From an uncultured Rhodospirillales bacterium (GTDB lineage Bacteria; Pseudomonadota; Alphaproteobacteria; CAAGCB01; CAG-977), in assembly GCA_902777205.1 (NCBI GenBank), contig CACYSU010000005.1, positions 9,362-73,361 of the forward strand: a stretch of DNA of 64,000 bases, read 5' to 3'. Made by a program: the position numbers and the translations under genes. The notes beneath the pieces were generated by a model. It worked only from the letters and a program-made list of their open reading frames with translations, was not told where the DNA came from and searched no databases. Positions 1 through 10,265 of the stretch are shown piece after piece (position 1 is the first letter of the stretch; every line of letters starts with the position of its first letter).

Positions 1-439
1 CCGCCCGACCGTCAAACAGCGAAAAGCTTTCGGAAGGTTTGAAATCGTGAAAATGCAGAACCGAAGGGATCATGTGCATTGGTAAAGGGAAAAACGGTTC
101 CGACATCAACACGCCAAAGACTTCCTCGGCCGTTTGGCCGTTCGGCAGTCGGGCGGCATGAATATTCAGGTTTGCTGTTTCCTGAAAAGCCGGATAAAAA
201 AAAGGAAATCCGCAAATGTGATCCCAGTGCGTGTGCGAAACCAGCATGGTGACGCGGTTGATCGACCGCTTGGCCAGACTGATCCCCAGCGCGCGAATTC
301 CGGATCCGGCGTCAATGACGACCGTTTCCCCGTCCAAATCGACTTCGACGCAGGAAGTGTTGCCGCCGTACACGGTGTGTTCCGCAGAACAGCACGGTAT
401 GCTGCCGCGCACTCCCCAGAAAGTAATTTTAACAGGCAT
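1..439 (-). CDS. MBL-fold metallo-hydrolase; C-terminus runs off the window edge
   Basis: My own minus-strand translation from the ATG at 439 gives MPVKITFWGVRGSIPCCSAEHTVYGGNTSCVEVDLDGETVVIDAGSGIRALG...VSHTHWDHICGFPFF, the HxHxDH metallo-beta-lactamase motif. The frame stays open across the A8 tract at 196-203 and has no stop before position 1. The ORF track does not list it because it has no in-window stop. Confidence 0.75.
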   Translation of the reverse strand, partial: MPVKITFWGVRGSIPCCSAEHTVYGGNTSCVEVDLDGETVVIDAGSGIRALGISLAKRSINRVTMLVSHTHWDHICGFPFFYPAFQETANLNIHAARLPNGQTAEEVFGVLMSEPFFPLPMHMIPSVLHFHDFKPSESFSLFDGRA

Positions 440-652
440 CAGCCGAAATCCTTGTCTTTATCGTTCACCTTTTTACCATAATCCGGCCGGCCGCCGCTGT
501 GACGAACGGCATAAACAAACCGGATAAAATACATTATGCGGCAAAAAGGTTAAAGAATGTCTGAACGACGCGCGGGATTGATTTTTCCCGCGGTTTTTAT
601 ATACTTGACACCGGCGGCCGTCCGCCGCCGCGAAAAGGAAAGGATCGGGAAG

Positions 653-1114
653 ATGAAAAAATTTTTGACGCTTGTTTGTTTGACGGCGGCGCTGGCCGCG
701 GGGGCGGCGCCGGCGGCGGCGCAGCAGGTCAAAGAGGTCAAACGGCTGCCGACGTGTTTGGATTTCGCCGACGTTTATTCCCGAACGGTTTTGGGCACGG
801 CGACCTTTTCCCCGCAAGAGGAACAGGAAATGCAGAATCTGGCGTCGATCATGATGGGGTACGTTTCCGCGCTGCAGGACATTTACGGCAACCGGCTGGT
901 CGGCATGACCGCGGCGGACAACGAATGGTCGCTGTTGGAAAAGGTCGCGCGGTTCTGCAGCCAGAATCCGCAGCTGACGTTCCAGCGCGCCGTCCGGTCG
1001 ATTCCCGCCGTGTCGCAGACGATCCAAGCGCTGCAGGATCAGGAATTCAAACGCTGCACCAACTATATCGAACAGACGAAACCGACGATCTGTTCTTCTT
1101 ACAAGCAAAATTAG
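653..1114 (+). CDS. Hypothetical secreted protein with an N-terminal signal peptide
   Basis: The ORF track gives 557-1114. The internal ATG at 653 (MKKFLTLVCLTAALAAGAAPAAAQQ, a typical Sec signal) is preceded by GGAAAGGA. I recognise no domain. Confidence 0.5.
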   Translation: MKKFLTLVCLTAALAAGAAPAAAQQVKEVKRLPTCLDFADVYSRTVLGTATFSPQEEQEMQNLASIMMGYVSALQDIYGNRLVGMTAADNEWSLLEKVARFCSQNPQLTFQRAVRSIPAVSQTIQALQDQEFKRCTNYIEQTKPTICSSYKQN

Positions 1115-1182
1115 CCCTTTAAATCCCGCGCGAACAGGCCTATATCTTTGACAACTTGGTTTTCAAAGGAACGGGGGCAGGT

Positions 1183-3954
1183 ATGGATTATATCAAGATC
1201 CGCGGCGCGCGGGAACACAACCTGAAAAACGTCGATCTGGACATTCCGAAAAACAAACTGGTCGTCGTGACGGGGTTGTCGGGGTCGGGCAAATCGTCGC
1301 TGGCGTTCGACACGCTGTACGCCGAAGGGCAGCGCCGCTATGTCGAAAGCCTGTCCGTCTATGCGCGCCAGTTCGTCGATTTGATGAAAAAGCCCGATGT
1401 CGATTTGATCGAAGGCCTGTCCCCCGCGATTTCGATCGAACAGAAAACGACATCGCACAATCCGCGTTCCATCGTCGGCACGGTGACGGAGATTTACGAC
1501 TATATGCGTTTGCTGTGGGCGCGCGTCGGCGTGCCGTATTCGCCCGCGACGGGATTGCCGATCGAAAGCCAGACCGTTTCCCAAATGGTGGACAAGGTCA
1601 TGGCGATGCCGCAGGGGACGAAGCTGCTGCTGCTGGCGCCGGTCGTGCGCGGGCGCAAAGGCGAATATAAAAAGGAAATCGGCGAATACCGGAAAAAAGG
1701 ATTCCAGCGGCTGAAAATCGACGGGACGGTTTACAACATCGACGAAACGCCCGAACTGAACAAGAATTTCAAACACGACATCGCCGTCGTCGTCGATCGC
1801 GTGGTCGTCAAGGACGGCATCGAATCCCGTCTGGCCGAATCGTTTGAAACGGCTTTGGGGCTGTCCGACGGGCTGGCGGTTGCGGAAAACGCGGAAACGG
1901 GCGAACAGACGATGTTTTCGTCGCGCTATTCGTGTCCCGTGTCGGGCTTTACGATCGACGAAATCGAACCGCGGCTGTTCTCGTTCAACAATCCGCACGG
2001 CTATTGCCCCGAATGTGAGGGGTTGGGCGTCAAACTCTACATCGACCCCGATCTGGTCATTCCCGACAAGGAAAAACGCCTTGACGAAGGTGCGATCGCG
2101 CCGTGGTCGGGGGCGAACGGCGAAATCTATCCGTGGCACCGCGAAGCCCTGTACGGCCTCAGCCGCCGTTTCCGTCTGGATCTGTCGGCGCGGTGGTGCG
2201 ATCTGGACGAAGAAACGCAGCAGGCTATTTTGTACGGAACGCCGACGTTCGAGGGCGTCATTCCGAACCTGAACCGCCGTTTTCTGGAAACCGATTCCGA
2301 ATATATGCGCGAAGAGATCCAGAAATTCCAAAACAACATCGTGTGCGAACACTGTCACGGCAAACGTTTGCGCCCCGAAGCGCTCGCGGTCAAAATCGAC
2401 GGCAAGGACATCGCCGACGTGACGAATATGTCGATCGCCGAAGCGCGCGAATGGTTCGGCGGCGTGATGGAACGGCTGAAACCGCAAAACCGCGAAATCG
2501 CCGGCCGGATATTGCGCGAAACGAACGAACGGCTGGATTTCCTGATCAACGTCGGGCTGGGGTATCTGTCGCTGGGGCGTTCGTCGGGGACTTTGTCGGG
2601 CGGGGAAAGCCAGCGCATCCGTCTGGCGTCGCAAATCGGGTCGGGGCTGACGGGCGTTTTATATGTGCTGGACGAACCGTCCATCGGTTTGCACCAACGC
2701 GACAACGACCGGCTGCTGGCAACGTTGTTCCGCCTGCGCGATCTGGGCAACACGGTCATCGTCGTCGAACACGACGAAGACGCCATGCGCGCCGCCGATA
2801 TGCTGATCGACATGGGGCCGGGGGCGGGGGCTTTGGGCGGCAGCGTCATCGCCGCCGGCACGCCGCAGGAGGTCGCCGACAACCTGAACAGCCTGACGGG
2901 ACGCTACCTGTCGGGGACGAAGCGCATCGCCGTTCCGGAAAAACGGCGCGCGGGCAACGGCAAATTCTTGAAAATCGTCGGGGCGCGGGTGCACAATCTG
3001 CGCAACATCGACGTGCGATTCCCGCTGGGGACGTTTACTTGCGTCACGGGCGTGTCAGGCGGCGGCAAGTCTTCGCTGGTCATCGAAACGCTGTACAAAG
3101 GGCTGGCGAAAGCGTTGAACGGCACGCGGTTGAGTGTCGGCGATCATGATCGTATCGAAGGTTTGGACAACATTGACAAAGTGATCGACATCGACCAGTC
3201 GCCGATCGGGCGCACGCCGCGCAGCAATCCCGCGACTTATACGGGCGTGTTTTCGCAGATCCGCGAATGGTTCGCCGGATTGCCCGAAGCCAAATTGCGC
3301 GGGTACAAGGCGGGGCGTTTTTCCTTTAATGTCAAAGGCGGACGGTGCGAAGCCTGTCAGGGCGACGGCGTTTTGCGTATCGAAATGCACTTTCTGCCCG
3401 ATATGTATGTTCAATGCGACGAATGCAAAGGTACGCGCTATAACCGTGAAACGCTGGATGTCAAATACAAAGGCAAGTCCATTGCCGACGTTTTGGATAT
3501 GACGGTGGACGAGGCGGTCGTATTTTTCGACGCCGTCCCGTCGATTAAAAACAAACTGACGCTGCTGCAGCGCGTGGGGCTGGGGTACATCAAGCTGGGG
3601 CAGTCCGCGACGACCCTTTCGGGCGGCGAAGCCCAGCGCATCAAATTGTCCAAGGAGCTGTCCAAAAAGGCGACGGGGCGCACGGTCTATATTCTGGACG
3701 AACCGACGACGGGATTGCATTTCGAGGATATCGCCAAACTGCTGGACGTTTTGCACCAGCTGGTGGATCAGGGCAACACGGTCGTCGTCATCGAACATAA
3801 TCTGGAGGTCATCAAAACGGCCGACTGGATCGTCGATATGGGCCCCGAAGGCGGCAACGGCGGCGGCACGGTCGTCGTCGAGGGAACGCCCGAACAGGTC
3901 GCGCAATGCGAACAAAGCTATACGGGCAAGTATTTGAAAAAATACCTGAAATGA
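1183..3954 (+). CDS. uvrA: Excinuclease ABC subunit A
   Basis: [58 protein letters not shown], two ABC ATPase modules and zinc-finger Cys clusters; about 920 aa. The ORF track begins at a TTG at 1156. I prefer the ATG at 1183. Confidence 0.96.
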   Translation: MDYIKIRGAREHNLKNVDLDIPKNKLVVVTGLSGSGKSSLAFDTLYAEGQRRYVESLSVYARQFVDLMKKPDVDLIEGLSPAISIEQKTTSHNPRSIVGTVTEIYDYMRLLWARVGVPYSPATGLPIESQTVSQMVDKVMAMPQGTKLLLLAPVVRGRKGEYKKEIGEYRKKGFQRLKIDGTVYNIDETPELNKNFKHDIAVVVDRVVVKDGIESRLAESFETALGLSDGLAVAENAETGEQTMFSSRYSCPVSGFTIDEIEPRLFSFNNPHGYCPECEGLGVKLYIDPDLVIPDKEKRLDEGAIAPWSGANGEIYPWHREALYGLSRRFRLDLSARWCDLDEETQQAILYGTPTFEGVIPNLNRRFLETDSEYMREEIQKFQNNIVCEHCHGKRLRPEALAVKIDGKDIADVTNMSIAEAREWFGGVMERLKPQNREIAGRILRETNERLDFLINVGLGYLSLGRSSGTLSGGESQRIRLASQIGSGLTGVLYVLDEPSIGLHQRDNDRLLATLFRLRDLGNTVIVVEHDEDAMRAADMLIDMGPGAGALGGSVIAAGTPQEVADNLNSLTGRYLSGTKRIAVPEKRRAGNGKFLKIVGARVHNLRNIDVRFPLGTFTCVTGVSGGGKSSLVIETLYKGLAKALNGTRLSVGDHDRIEGLDNIDKVIDIDQSPIGRTPRSNPATYTGVFSQIREWFAGLPEAKLRGYKAGRFSFNVKGGRCEACQGDGVLRIEMHFLPDMYVQCDECKGTRYNRETLDVKYKGKSIADVLDMTVDEAVVFFDAVPSIKNKLTLLQRVGLGYIKLGQSATTLSGGEAQRIKLSKELSKKATGRTVYILDEPTTGLHFEDIAKLLDVLHQLVDQGNTVVVIEHNLEVIKTADWIVDMGPEGGNGGGTVVVEGTPEQVAQCEQSYTGKYLKKYLK

Positions 3955-3957
3955 CAA

Positions 3958-3990
3958 AAAGGGCATCCGCGGCGGGCGCCCTTTTCATAA
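3958..3990. terminator. Putative bidirectional terminator between uvrA (+) and HAD paralog A (-)
   Basis: AAAAAGGGC...GCGCCCTTTTC, a GC-rich imperfect hairpin flanked by an A-run and a T-run. Confidence 0.4.
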
Positions 3991-4004
3991 CCGGAATATC
4001 GGGA

Positions 4005-4994
4005 TCAGCGCGCTTTGTGCGCCAGCCGCCGCATCACGGCCGGATTGATTTTTTCACCGGACTGCGTTTGCGTTTGCGCTTTCGCCGCCATGGCCTTTTC
4101 CGGCGACATAAAGCGGTAGTGTTTGCTTAAATCCTTGAAACCCTCCAACACTTCGGTCGGTCGGTTGGTGTCGTTCATCTGTCCCAAATGTTCCGCCGTC
4201 GTCAGCTTGTAATTCGGATCCTGACAGAAAACCGTGTAGCATCGCATCGTCGGTTCGTCGATGACGGTGCCGCCCTTTTGCCACGCGTAGTTCATTCCCA
4301 ACGTGACGGCCGCCGTTCCGTCCGAACGGATATTGTCGCCGACCATGACGGCGGTTGACGGGTCTTTGACGCCCATATCATCCAGAATTTTCTGCATATT
4401 CTTGGGGTTGGGCTTGTTCGTTTTGGGCGGCAGGACGACCAGTTTATCCCCCAGCGCGTTGCGTAGCTCTTCGGCTTTTCCTTTGACGGGTTTGTGAATG
4501 ACCTGTCCGTCTTTCAAATCGGGCAGGACATACAGGCCGTCGATCATGTCGGCCGTAATGCCCATTTTCGCCAGCCGCGGGACGCAGACGGATTCGCGCG
4601 AATCCGTGTAAAGGACGAACTTTGCGCCCGACGATTTGATTTTATTGATCGTGGCCAGAACGCCTTCGTACAATTCGGCCTTGCTTTTTTCCTTGTCCCA
4701 TTCGTGGAAAATCTTTTCCTGTTCCTTTTCCATTTCGGGCGAGGTCGGCTTCATCGACGGGGTGCAGGCGACATCCATGCGCAGATCCTTGCCGATATAG
4801 GGGCCGGAAATGTGTTTCATGCTGTCGGGAACGTGCGCCAGCATATCCTGTTCCAGATCGGCGCGGTCGCGGCCGTGCAGCTTGGCCAGTTTGTCCATGG
4901 CGGCGTCCAGCGCGTTGCCCCATGCGCCGAATTTGTCTGCGATCGTGTTGTCAATGTCGCTGACGACCAGACTGACGGGTTTCTTATCGGCCAT
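4005..4994 (-). CDS. HAD-superfamily hydrolase with a long C-terminal extension (paralog A)
   Basis: HAD motif I is VVSDIDNTI (DxDxT), motif II is FVLYTDS, then a KPNPK lysine motif and MVGDNIRSD (GDxxxD). A roughly 90-aa basic/Ala-rich tail follows. I prefer the ATG at 4994 (MADKKPVSL...) because AAGGAA sits 7 nt upstream. The ORF track starts at a TTG at 5012. Confidence 0.7.
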   Translation of the reverse strand: MADKKPVSLVVSDIDNTIADKFGAWGNALDAAMDKLAKLHGRDRADLEQDMLAHVPDSMKHISGPYIGKDLRMDVACTPSMKPTSPEMEKEQEKIFHEWDKEKSKAELYEGVLATINKIKSSGAKFVLYTDSRESVCVPRLAKMGITADMIDGLYVLPDLKDGQVIHKPVKGKAEELRNALGDKLVVLPPKTNKPNPKNMQKILDDMGVKDPSTAVMVGDNIRSDGTAAVTLGMNYAWQKGGTVIDEPTMRCYTVFCQDPNYKLTTAEHLGQMNDTNRPTEVLEGFKDLSKHYRFMSPEKAMAAKAQTQTQSGEKINPAVMRRLAHKAR

Positions 4995-5141
4995 GATGAT
5001 TTCCTTTTGCAATGGATGAAACGATTTTTTCCTTTATAGCAGAAAAAACGGGGAAAGAAAAGTGTTTTTTGTCTATAGACGAAAAAGGCGTTCAAAGCGG
5101 AGATTTTTTCCGGTGTTTTGAAGGGGGTGTGGACGAAAAAA

Positions 5142-6926
5142 CTATTTTTCGGCCGCGTCGCCGCATTTTGAAAAATCGACCTTGAACATGGTGTACGGCG
5201 GCGGGGTGTTGAAATCCTCCGTAATGCCGCAGGGCAGATCCTTGCCGGACATCAGCCGCGTCAGCAAACCGTCGTTCCGCGCTTTTTTGAAAAAGGTGTA
5301 GCGTTTGTTCATGTTGTAAAACAGGTCGGGTTCCGCATCCACTTCCAAAAACACCAAAATGGCCTTGATCCGGTGCTTTTTCATCAGCGCGACGCTTTCG
5401 TCCATATCCAGCGAATACAGCATGAAATGGTCGTCAACGATGCCTTCGATATTGCGGTGATAGGGCGTGCCGACGACCGGTTCGTCCAGTTTCCATATGA
5501 TTTCGGGGCCGCTGGACGTGTCGGACAGAACGGCGCCCTCCCGATCCGGCAGATAGGGGGCGACGGTGTCGATCGGCGGGCGGCGCAGAGCCATCATGCG
5601 GTTGACGGAAATGTAGTTGACCGCCAGATACGCGGCGAACAGGACATAGACGGCGGCCAGAAACGCGCCCTTGACCTTGTCGGAACGGGGCGTTTTGTCG
5701 GCGCGCAGCGAAAAGGCGACGGCCAGAATGTACGGCGTGAACAGCGACGACAGGCGCGCGTACCGGATCGACTTCATCGACAGCAGCGTCAAAAACAGCA
5801 GCGGCGGCAGAACGGTGACCAGCATCGCCCTTTTCCTTGCGGGACAAAACGGCAGCAGCGCGATCCCGATGACAAAAACCAGCAGCGACGGCGCCGATCC
5901 CAAAAAGAATCGCACCCAGTCGCGGACGGAGGGCTGCAGTTCGACGATGTTGTCCGCCCAAATGCCTTTGATGATCGGCGGAAAGTGGGGGGCGAAAACG
6001 ACGGCCGGCGTGAAGCACAGCAGCAGCAATCCGGCAAAAGCCCCCGTCAGAAACGCCAGCGCGCCCGCCCTGCGCCAAAAGGAACCGAGCATCCCCTTGT
6101 CCTGCATCAGGGACAGCAGGATCATGGCGGCGGCGGTGAAACCGGCGACGACGACCGTCAAAAAGGACAGCCGCCCGTTGTCGGGGTTGAAGAAACCCTC
6201 GAACGGCGGATTGACGGCCAGACATAGTAACGCCGCCGTGAAATAGTAAAAGCAGAAAACGGCGCAGGCGCGGGCGGAAACCTTTCCCGCCATGAACAGA
6301 ACGGCCAGACCGGTCAGCAACCCGTAGCAGATCAGAATGCCTTCGATTGATGTCCACAGCCCCAGCGCGGCGGCGACGCCCGCGATCCGCAGGTCTTTTT
6401 CATCGTCCGTGAACAGGAAGCGAGCCAGCCCGCCCGCCGTGACGAAACAGAAAAAGGCCGTCAGGGCGTGGTGGTCGGGTTTGATCAGGATGTACGTTTC
6501 CGTGACCGACGGCTGCACGAACAGCAAACACACGGCGATCAGCCGCACGATCGGCCCGACGGCCGGCCGCAGCCCCCAGACCAAAGCGACGGCCGACAAG
6601 GCCAGAACGCCCGTTTGGAAAATGTATCCGCCCCAGAACACGGCTTCTTTCAACGGGAAAAATAAAAAGGCGGGGAGCGAGAAAAACAGCCAGAACAGAT
6701 CCGTGATTCGCGTGAAATGCAGCACTTCGCCGAACGGATAGTTGGAATGCATATACGGCGTTTCCGCCCAGTTTTTCGATTGCAGGAAATCCAGCACGCG
6801 GCGGGCGTGGGTGTAGTTGTCCGTGTCCGGATACCAATCCCCCAGTTCGGGCAGAACCGCCAGCTGGGAAATCAGGACGAACAGGGCGATCAGCAGATAT
6901 TCGTGCTTTTTATAGAAAGCGTACAT
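5142..6926 (-). CDS. GT-C fold polytopic membrane glycosyltransferase (ArnT/PMT- or STT3/PglB-like); substrate unknown
   Basis: 594 aa with more than 10 predicted TM helices and a soluble C-terminal domain. The first extracytoplasmic loop carries DWYPDTDNYTHARR, a DxD...Y...R motif reminiscent of GT-C donors that use polyprenyl-phosphate sugars. Confidence 0.5.
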   Translation of the reverse strand: MYAFYKKHEYLLIALFVLISQLAVLPELGDWYPDTDNYTHARRVLDFLQSKNWAETPYMHSNYPFGEVLHFTRITDLFWLFFSLPAFLFFPLKEAVFWGGYIFQTGVLALSAVALVWGLRPAVGPIVRLIAVCLLFVQPSVTETYILIKPDHHALTAFFCFVTAGGLARFLFTDDEKDLRIAGVAAALGLWTSIEGILICYGLLTGLAVLFMAGKVSARACAVFCFYYFTAALLCLAVNPPFEGFFNPDNGRLSFLTVVVAGFTAAAMILLSLMQDKGMLGSFWRRAGALAFLTGAFAGLLLLCFTPAVVFAPHFPPIIKGIWADNIVELQPSVRDWVRFFLGSAPSLLVFVIGIALLPFCPARKRAMLVTVLPPLLFLTLLSMKSIRYARLSSLFTPYILAVAFSLRADKTPRSDKVKGAFLAAVYVLFAAYLAVNYISVNRMMALRRPPIDTVAPYLPDREGAVLSDTSSGPEIIWKLDEPVVGTPYHRNIEGIVDDHFMLYSLDMDESVALMKKHRIKAILVFLEVDAEPDLFYNMNKRYTFFKKARNDGLLTRLMSGKDLPCGITEDFNTPPPYTMFKVDFSKCGDAAEK

Positions 6927-6992
6927 GAAACCATCCTTTATGCCGTTCGGCCGTAAAGGATACGGAAAAACCGTTCCGGCGTCAAGGCGGCT

Positions 6993-8417
6993 TTACCCGT
7001 TGCCGCCGACGGTGATTTTGGAAATGCGCACGGACGGCTGGCCGACGCCGACGGGGACGGTTTGTCCGCCTTTGCCGCACGACCCGACCCCCTGATCCAA
7101 ACAGGCGTCGGTCGCGACCATGTCGATTGCGTTCATGACTTCGATCCCGCTGCCGATCAGGGTGGCGTCCTTGATCGGGGCGGTGATTTTTCCGTTTTCG
7201 ATCAGGTACGCTTCGGCCGAAGTGAACACGAATTTGCCCGACGTGATATCCACCTGTCCGCCGTGGAACGATTTGGCGAAAACGCCCTTTTTCACCGAAG
7301 CGACCAGTTCGTCGGGATCTTTGTCCCCCGCGGTCATGAACGTGTTCGTCATCCGCACCTGCGGGGCGCAGGCAAAGGATTCGCGCCGCCCGTTGCCCGT
7401 CGGGGCGCGGTTCGTCAGCCGCGCGTTCAGCCGGTCAAGCATATAGTTTTTCAAAATGCCGTCTTCGACCAAAACGGTGCGCTGGGACGGCGTGCCCTCG
7501 TCATCGACGGCGATCGACCCGCGGCGGTCGGGCAGGGTGCCGTCGTCAACGATCGTGATGCCCTTTGCCGTGACCTGTTCGCCCGTTTTGCCGGAAAAGA
7601 CAGAGGATCCCTTGCGGTTGAAATCGCCCTCCAATCCGTGGCCGACGGCTTCGTGCAGCAAAACGCCGCACCATCCGGAACTGAGGACGACGGGCATTTC
7701 GCCGGCGGGGGCGGGGACGGATTCCAAATTGACCAAAGCGGTACGCAGCGCTTCGTCGGCGGCGGATTTCCACACGTTTTCAGCGATGATCCGGTCGTAC
7801 AGGTAACGGCCGCCCAACCCGAACGAACCGCTTTCCAGCCGGTCGCCGTTTTTCACGACGACGCTGATCATCAAATTGACCAGCGGGCGGATGTCGCCGG
7901 ATTCGCCGCCGTCCGCGCGGATGATCTCGACGGCCTGCCATTCGCCGGACAACGCCGCGGACACTTGCGCGACTCTGGCGTCTTTGGCGCGCAGATAGGC
8001 GTCGATTTCCCCCATCAGCGCGACCTTGCGTTCAAAGGGGACGGGCGACAGCGGGTTTTCGTCGGTATATAGCTTTTTCGGCGCGGCGCTGGCGGGGGAA
8101 TACAGCGTTCCGTTCCACCCCGCCTTGACCGGCGCGATGCTGCGCGCGGCGTGTTCCAACGCGTTTTGCGTCAATTCGTTTGAAATGGCGTAGGCGCAGG
8201 TTTCCCCGCAAATCGCGCGCAATCCGAATCCGGCCGTCGCGTCGAACGACGACGTTTTGATCCGCCCGTCGTCCAGCGTCAGCCGTTCGGACAGGCAATG
8301 TTCCAAAAACAGTTCGCCGTCGTCGCATCCGGCCAGCGCGTCTTGAACCGTTTTTTTCGCGCGATCCTTATCCATTTGATTAAAAAGCAAATTGTCGGCG
8401 ACGGTCAAATCGGTCAT
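6993..8417 (-). CDS. tldD: Metalloprotease TldD
   Basis: 474 aa with an HEAVGHGLEGD zinc-binding motif and full-length TldD/PmbA-family similarity. The C-terminus reads GQPSVRISKITVGG. Confidence 0.9.
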   Translation of the reverse strand: MTDLTVADNLLFNQMDKDRAKKTVQDALAGCDDGELFLEHCLSERLTLDDGRIKTSSFDATAGFGLRAICGETCAYAISNELTQNALEHAARSIAPVKAGWNGTLYSPASAAPKKLYTDENPLSPVPFERKVALMGEIDAYLRAKDARVAQVSAALSGEWQAVEIIRADGGESGDIRPLVNLMISVVVKNGDRLESGSFGLGGRYLYDRIIAENVWKSAADEALRTALVNLESVPAPAGEMPVVLSSGWCGVLLHEAVGHGLEGDFNRKGSSVFSGKTGEQVTAKGITIVDDGTLPDRRGSIAVDDEGTPSQRTVLVEDGILKNYMLDRLNARLTNRAPTGNGRRESFACAPQVRMTNTFMTAGDKDPDELVASVKKGVFAKSFHGGQVDITSGKFVFTSAEAYLIENGKITAPIKDATLIGSGIEVMNAIDMVATDACLDQGVGSCGKGGQTVPVGVGQPSVRISKITVGGNG

Positions 8418-8492
8418 AACGTTTCCTTTCTTTTTCGGGAATATCTGTTATATTTAGAACGATTCGCAAAAAAATGCTTTAAGAAAAAAGCG

Positions 8493-8502
8493 TTCGCGCG
8501 AA
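8493..8502. promoter_or_regulatory. Perfect 10-bp palindrome TTCGCGCGAA flanked by an A-run and a T-run in the tldD/motA divergent intergenic region
   Basis: AAAAAAGCG-TTCGCGCGAA-TTTTTTT lies 40 nt upstream of the motA ATG. No gene ends here, so it is more likely an operator than a terminator. Confidence 0.25.
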
Positions 8503-8544
8503 TTTTTTTAACAGAATGTTTCTAAAAAAGCAGGAGCTTTCATC

Positions 8545-9396
8545 ATGTTTCCCTTGATCGGCATTTTGGTTGTCGTCGCCAGCGTCGCGGGCGGTTACGC
8601 GTGGGGCGGCGGGCATTTCGGCGTGTTGTGGCAGCCGGGCGAGTTTTTGATCATCGGCGGCGCGGCGTTCGGCGCGTTTTTGATATCCAACCCGCCGTCG
8701 GTCGTTTTCGCGACGTTCAAAACGCTGCCCCGCATATTCGCCAAACCGCGCTATGACAAAAAAAGCTTTTCCGAAGCGCTGGCGATGCTTTACGCCTTTT
8801 TCCGGCTGGCGCGGGCGAAAGGCAACATGATGTTGGAACAGCATATCGAAAAACCGGAAAACAGCGACATTTTCAAACAGTTCCCCCTGATCACAAAGGA
8901 CGCGGAGGCCATGGATTTCATGACCGGCTATATGCGGCTGCTGACGTTCGGGACGCTGGCGCCGCACGAGGTCGAATCCGTCATCGACGCGGAAATGGAG
9001 GGGATACAGCATGAAAAGGAATCGCTGGCCGCCGGTTTGAACCGTGTCGCCGACGCTTTGCCCGGATTGGGCATCGTCGCCGCGGTTTTGGGCGTCATCC
9101 ACACGATGGGCGCGCTGAACGAACCGCCCGAAGTGTTGGGCAACCTGATCGGCGCGGCGCTGGTCGGAACGTTTTTCGGCGTGCTGATGGCCTACGGCTT
9201 TGTCGCGCCGCTGTCCGCGGCCGTCGCCAACGTGTCCAACCCCGAACTGGAATACCTGAATTTGATTAAGGCCGCTTTGATGGGGCATATTCAGGGCTAC
9301 GCGCCGCAGGTGTCGGTCGAATTCGCGCGCAAATCCCTGCCGCCGGAGGTGCGCCCGACCTTCGCCGAAATTGATGCGATTTGTGAAAAGCTCTGA
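8545..9396 (+). CDS. motA: Flagellar-type motor stator protein MotA (MotA/TolQ/ExbB channel family)
   Basis: 283 aa. GGHFGVLWQPGEFLIIGGAAFGAFLISN is near-colinear with E. coli MotA (GGSLGALYQPAELVIIAGAGIGSFIVGN). It has four TM helices and a cytoplasmic loop. The RBS is AGGAG. Confidence 0.85.
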   Translation: MFPLIGILVVVASVAGGYAWGGGHFGVLWQPGEFLIIGGAAFGAFLISNPPSVVFATFKTLPRIFAKPRYDKKSFSEALAMLYAFFRLARAKGNMMLEQHIEKPENSDIFKQFPLITKDAEAMDFMTGYMRLLTFGTLAPHEVESVIDAEMEGIQHEKESLAAGLNRVADALPGLGIVAAVLGVIHTMGALNEPPEVLGNLIGAALVGTFFGVLMAYGFVAPLSAAVANVSNPELEYLNLIKAALMGHIQGYAPQVSVEFARKSLPPEVRPTFAEIDAICEKL

Positions 9397-9407
9397 CGCG
9401 GGAGGGT

Positions 9408-10265
9408 ATGGTTATGGCTGAAAACGGGGAACGGCCGATCGTCGTCAAACGCGTGAAAAAAGGCGGGCACGACGCCCACGGCGGATCGTGGAAAGTCGCC
9501 TACGCCGATTTTATGACGGCGATGATGGCGTTTTTCCTGTTGATGTGGATTTTGCAGACGACATCCAAGGAGCAGAAAGAGGGCATCGCGCAGTATTTCA
9601 CGACGGGGTCGGTGATGAATTCGTCCACGTCGGGCGGCGACACGATTTTGACGGGCGGTCAGGAATCTTTGGAAACCGCCGCCGCGCCGCAAGCCTTGCC
9701 CTTTGTCGGTTTCGACGGGTCGAACGAATTTCCCGTCCTTTCCCCGCAGCGGGAACGGCTGGTCGAAAAGGAAAAAGAGCTGTTCGGCCGCGCCCGCATC
9801 GCGTTGGAGGAAGCCATGCGTTCCGACGCCGATTTGATGGAACTGCACGACAGTCTGGTCGTTTCCGAAACCAAAGAGGGATTGCGGATTCAGCTGATCG
9901 ACCAGCTGAACCGCCCCCTGTTCGTCAGCGGATCGGACGAACTGACCCCGAACGGGGCGCGTCTGACGGGGTTGCTGGCGCGCGTGTTGAAACAGATGCC
10001 TCATTCCCTGTCGATCGAGGGGCACACCGACGCCGTCCCCTTCGCCGGCAAGAACGGGTATTCCAACTGGGAACTGTCGTCCCAGCGGGCTTTGGCGTTC
10101 CGGCGTCGGCTGATCAAACTGGGCGTCGCGGAGGAAAAGATCGTCCGCGTCGTCGGCAAGGCATCCACCGAACCGTATTTGAAAAACGATCCGCAGGCGC
10201 CGCAGAACCGCCGGATCAGCGTTTTGCTGCCGTCGTTGGTGACGGATGAAAAGGACGACGATTAG
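9408..10265 (+). CDS. motB: Motor stator protein MotB (OmpA-like peptidoglycan-binding domain)
   Basis: GGHDAHGGSWKVAYADFMTAMMAFFLLMW is the canonical MotB plug/TM region and includes the conserved Asp. The C-terminal OmpA-like domain contains NRRISV. The RBS is GGAGGG, and the gene lies 12 nt after motA. Confidence 0.82.
   Translation: MVMAENGERPIVVKRVKKGGHDAHGGSWKVAYADFMTAMMAFFLLMWILQTTSKEQKEGIAQYFTTGSVMNSSTSGGDTILTGGQESLETAAAPQALPFVGFDGSNEFPVLSPQRERLVEKEKELFGRARIALEEAMRSDADLMELHDSLVVSETKEGLRIQLIDQLNRPLFVSGSDELTPNGARLTGLLARVLKQMPHSLSIEGHTDAVPFAGKNGYSNWELSSQRALAFRRRLIKLGVAEEKIVRVVGKASTEPYLKNDPQAPQNRRISVLLPSLVTDEKDDD

Noticed and set aside
190-215. Suspected frameshift or pseudogene at the A8 homopolymer inside the MBL-fold hydrolase gene.
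   Set aside because: Codon-by-codon retranslation of the minus strand from the ATG at 439 shows one continuous frame through the tract (…HICGFPFFYPAFQETANL…) to the window edge. The ORF track did not list it only because it has no in-window stop.
1111-2634. Long antisense ORFs opposite uvrA, rpoD, topA and others (for example 1111-2634 minus and 47016-49145 plus), and 5' extensions such as 16029-18305.
   Set aside because: They are typical open frames of high-GC DNA. Their Arg/Gly/Pro-rich junk composition matches no family, they have no RBS, and they overlap strongly supported genes.
8545-10265. MotA/MotB homologs as ZorA/ZorB of a Zorya anti-phage system.
   Set aside because: To my knowledge ZorA carries a very long C-terminal tail and is followed by zorC/zorD (or zorE). 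Here MotA is canonical length (283 aa) and nearly colinear with flagellar MotA, and no downstream Zor partners exist.
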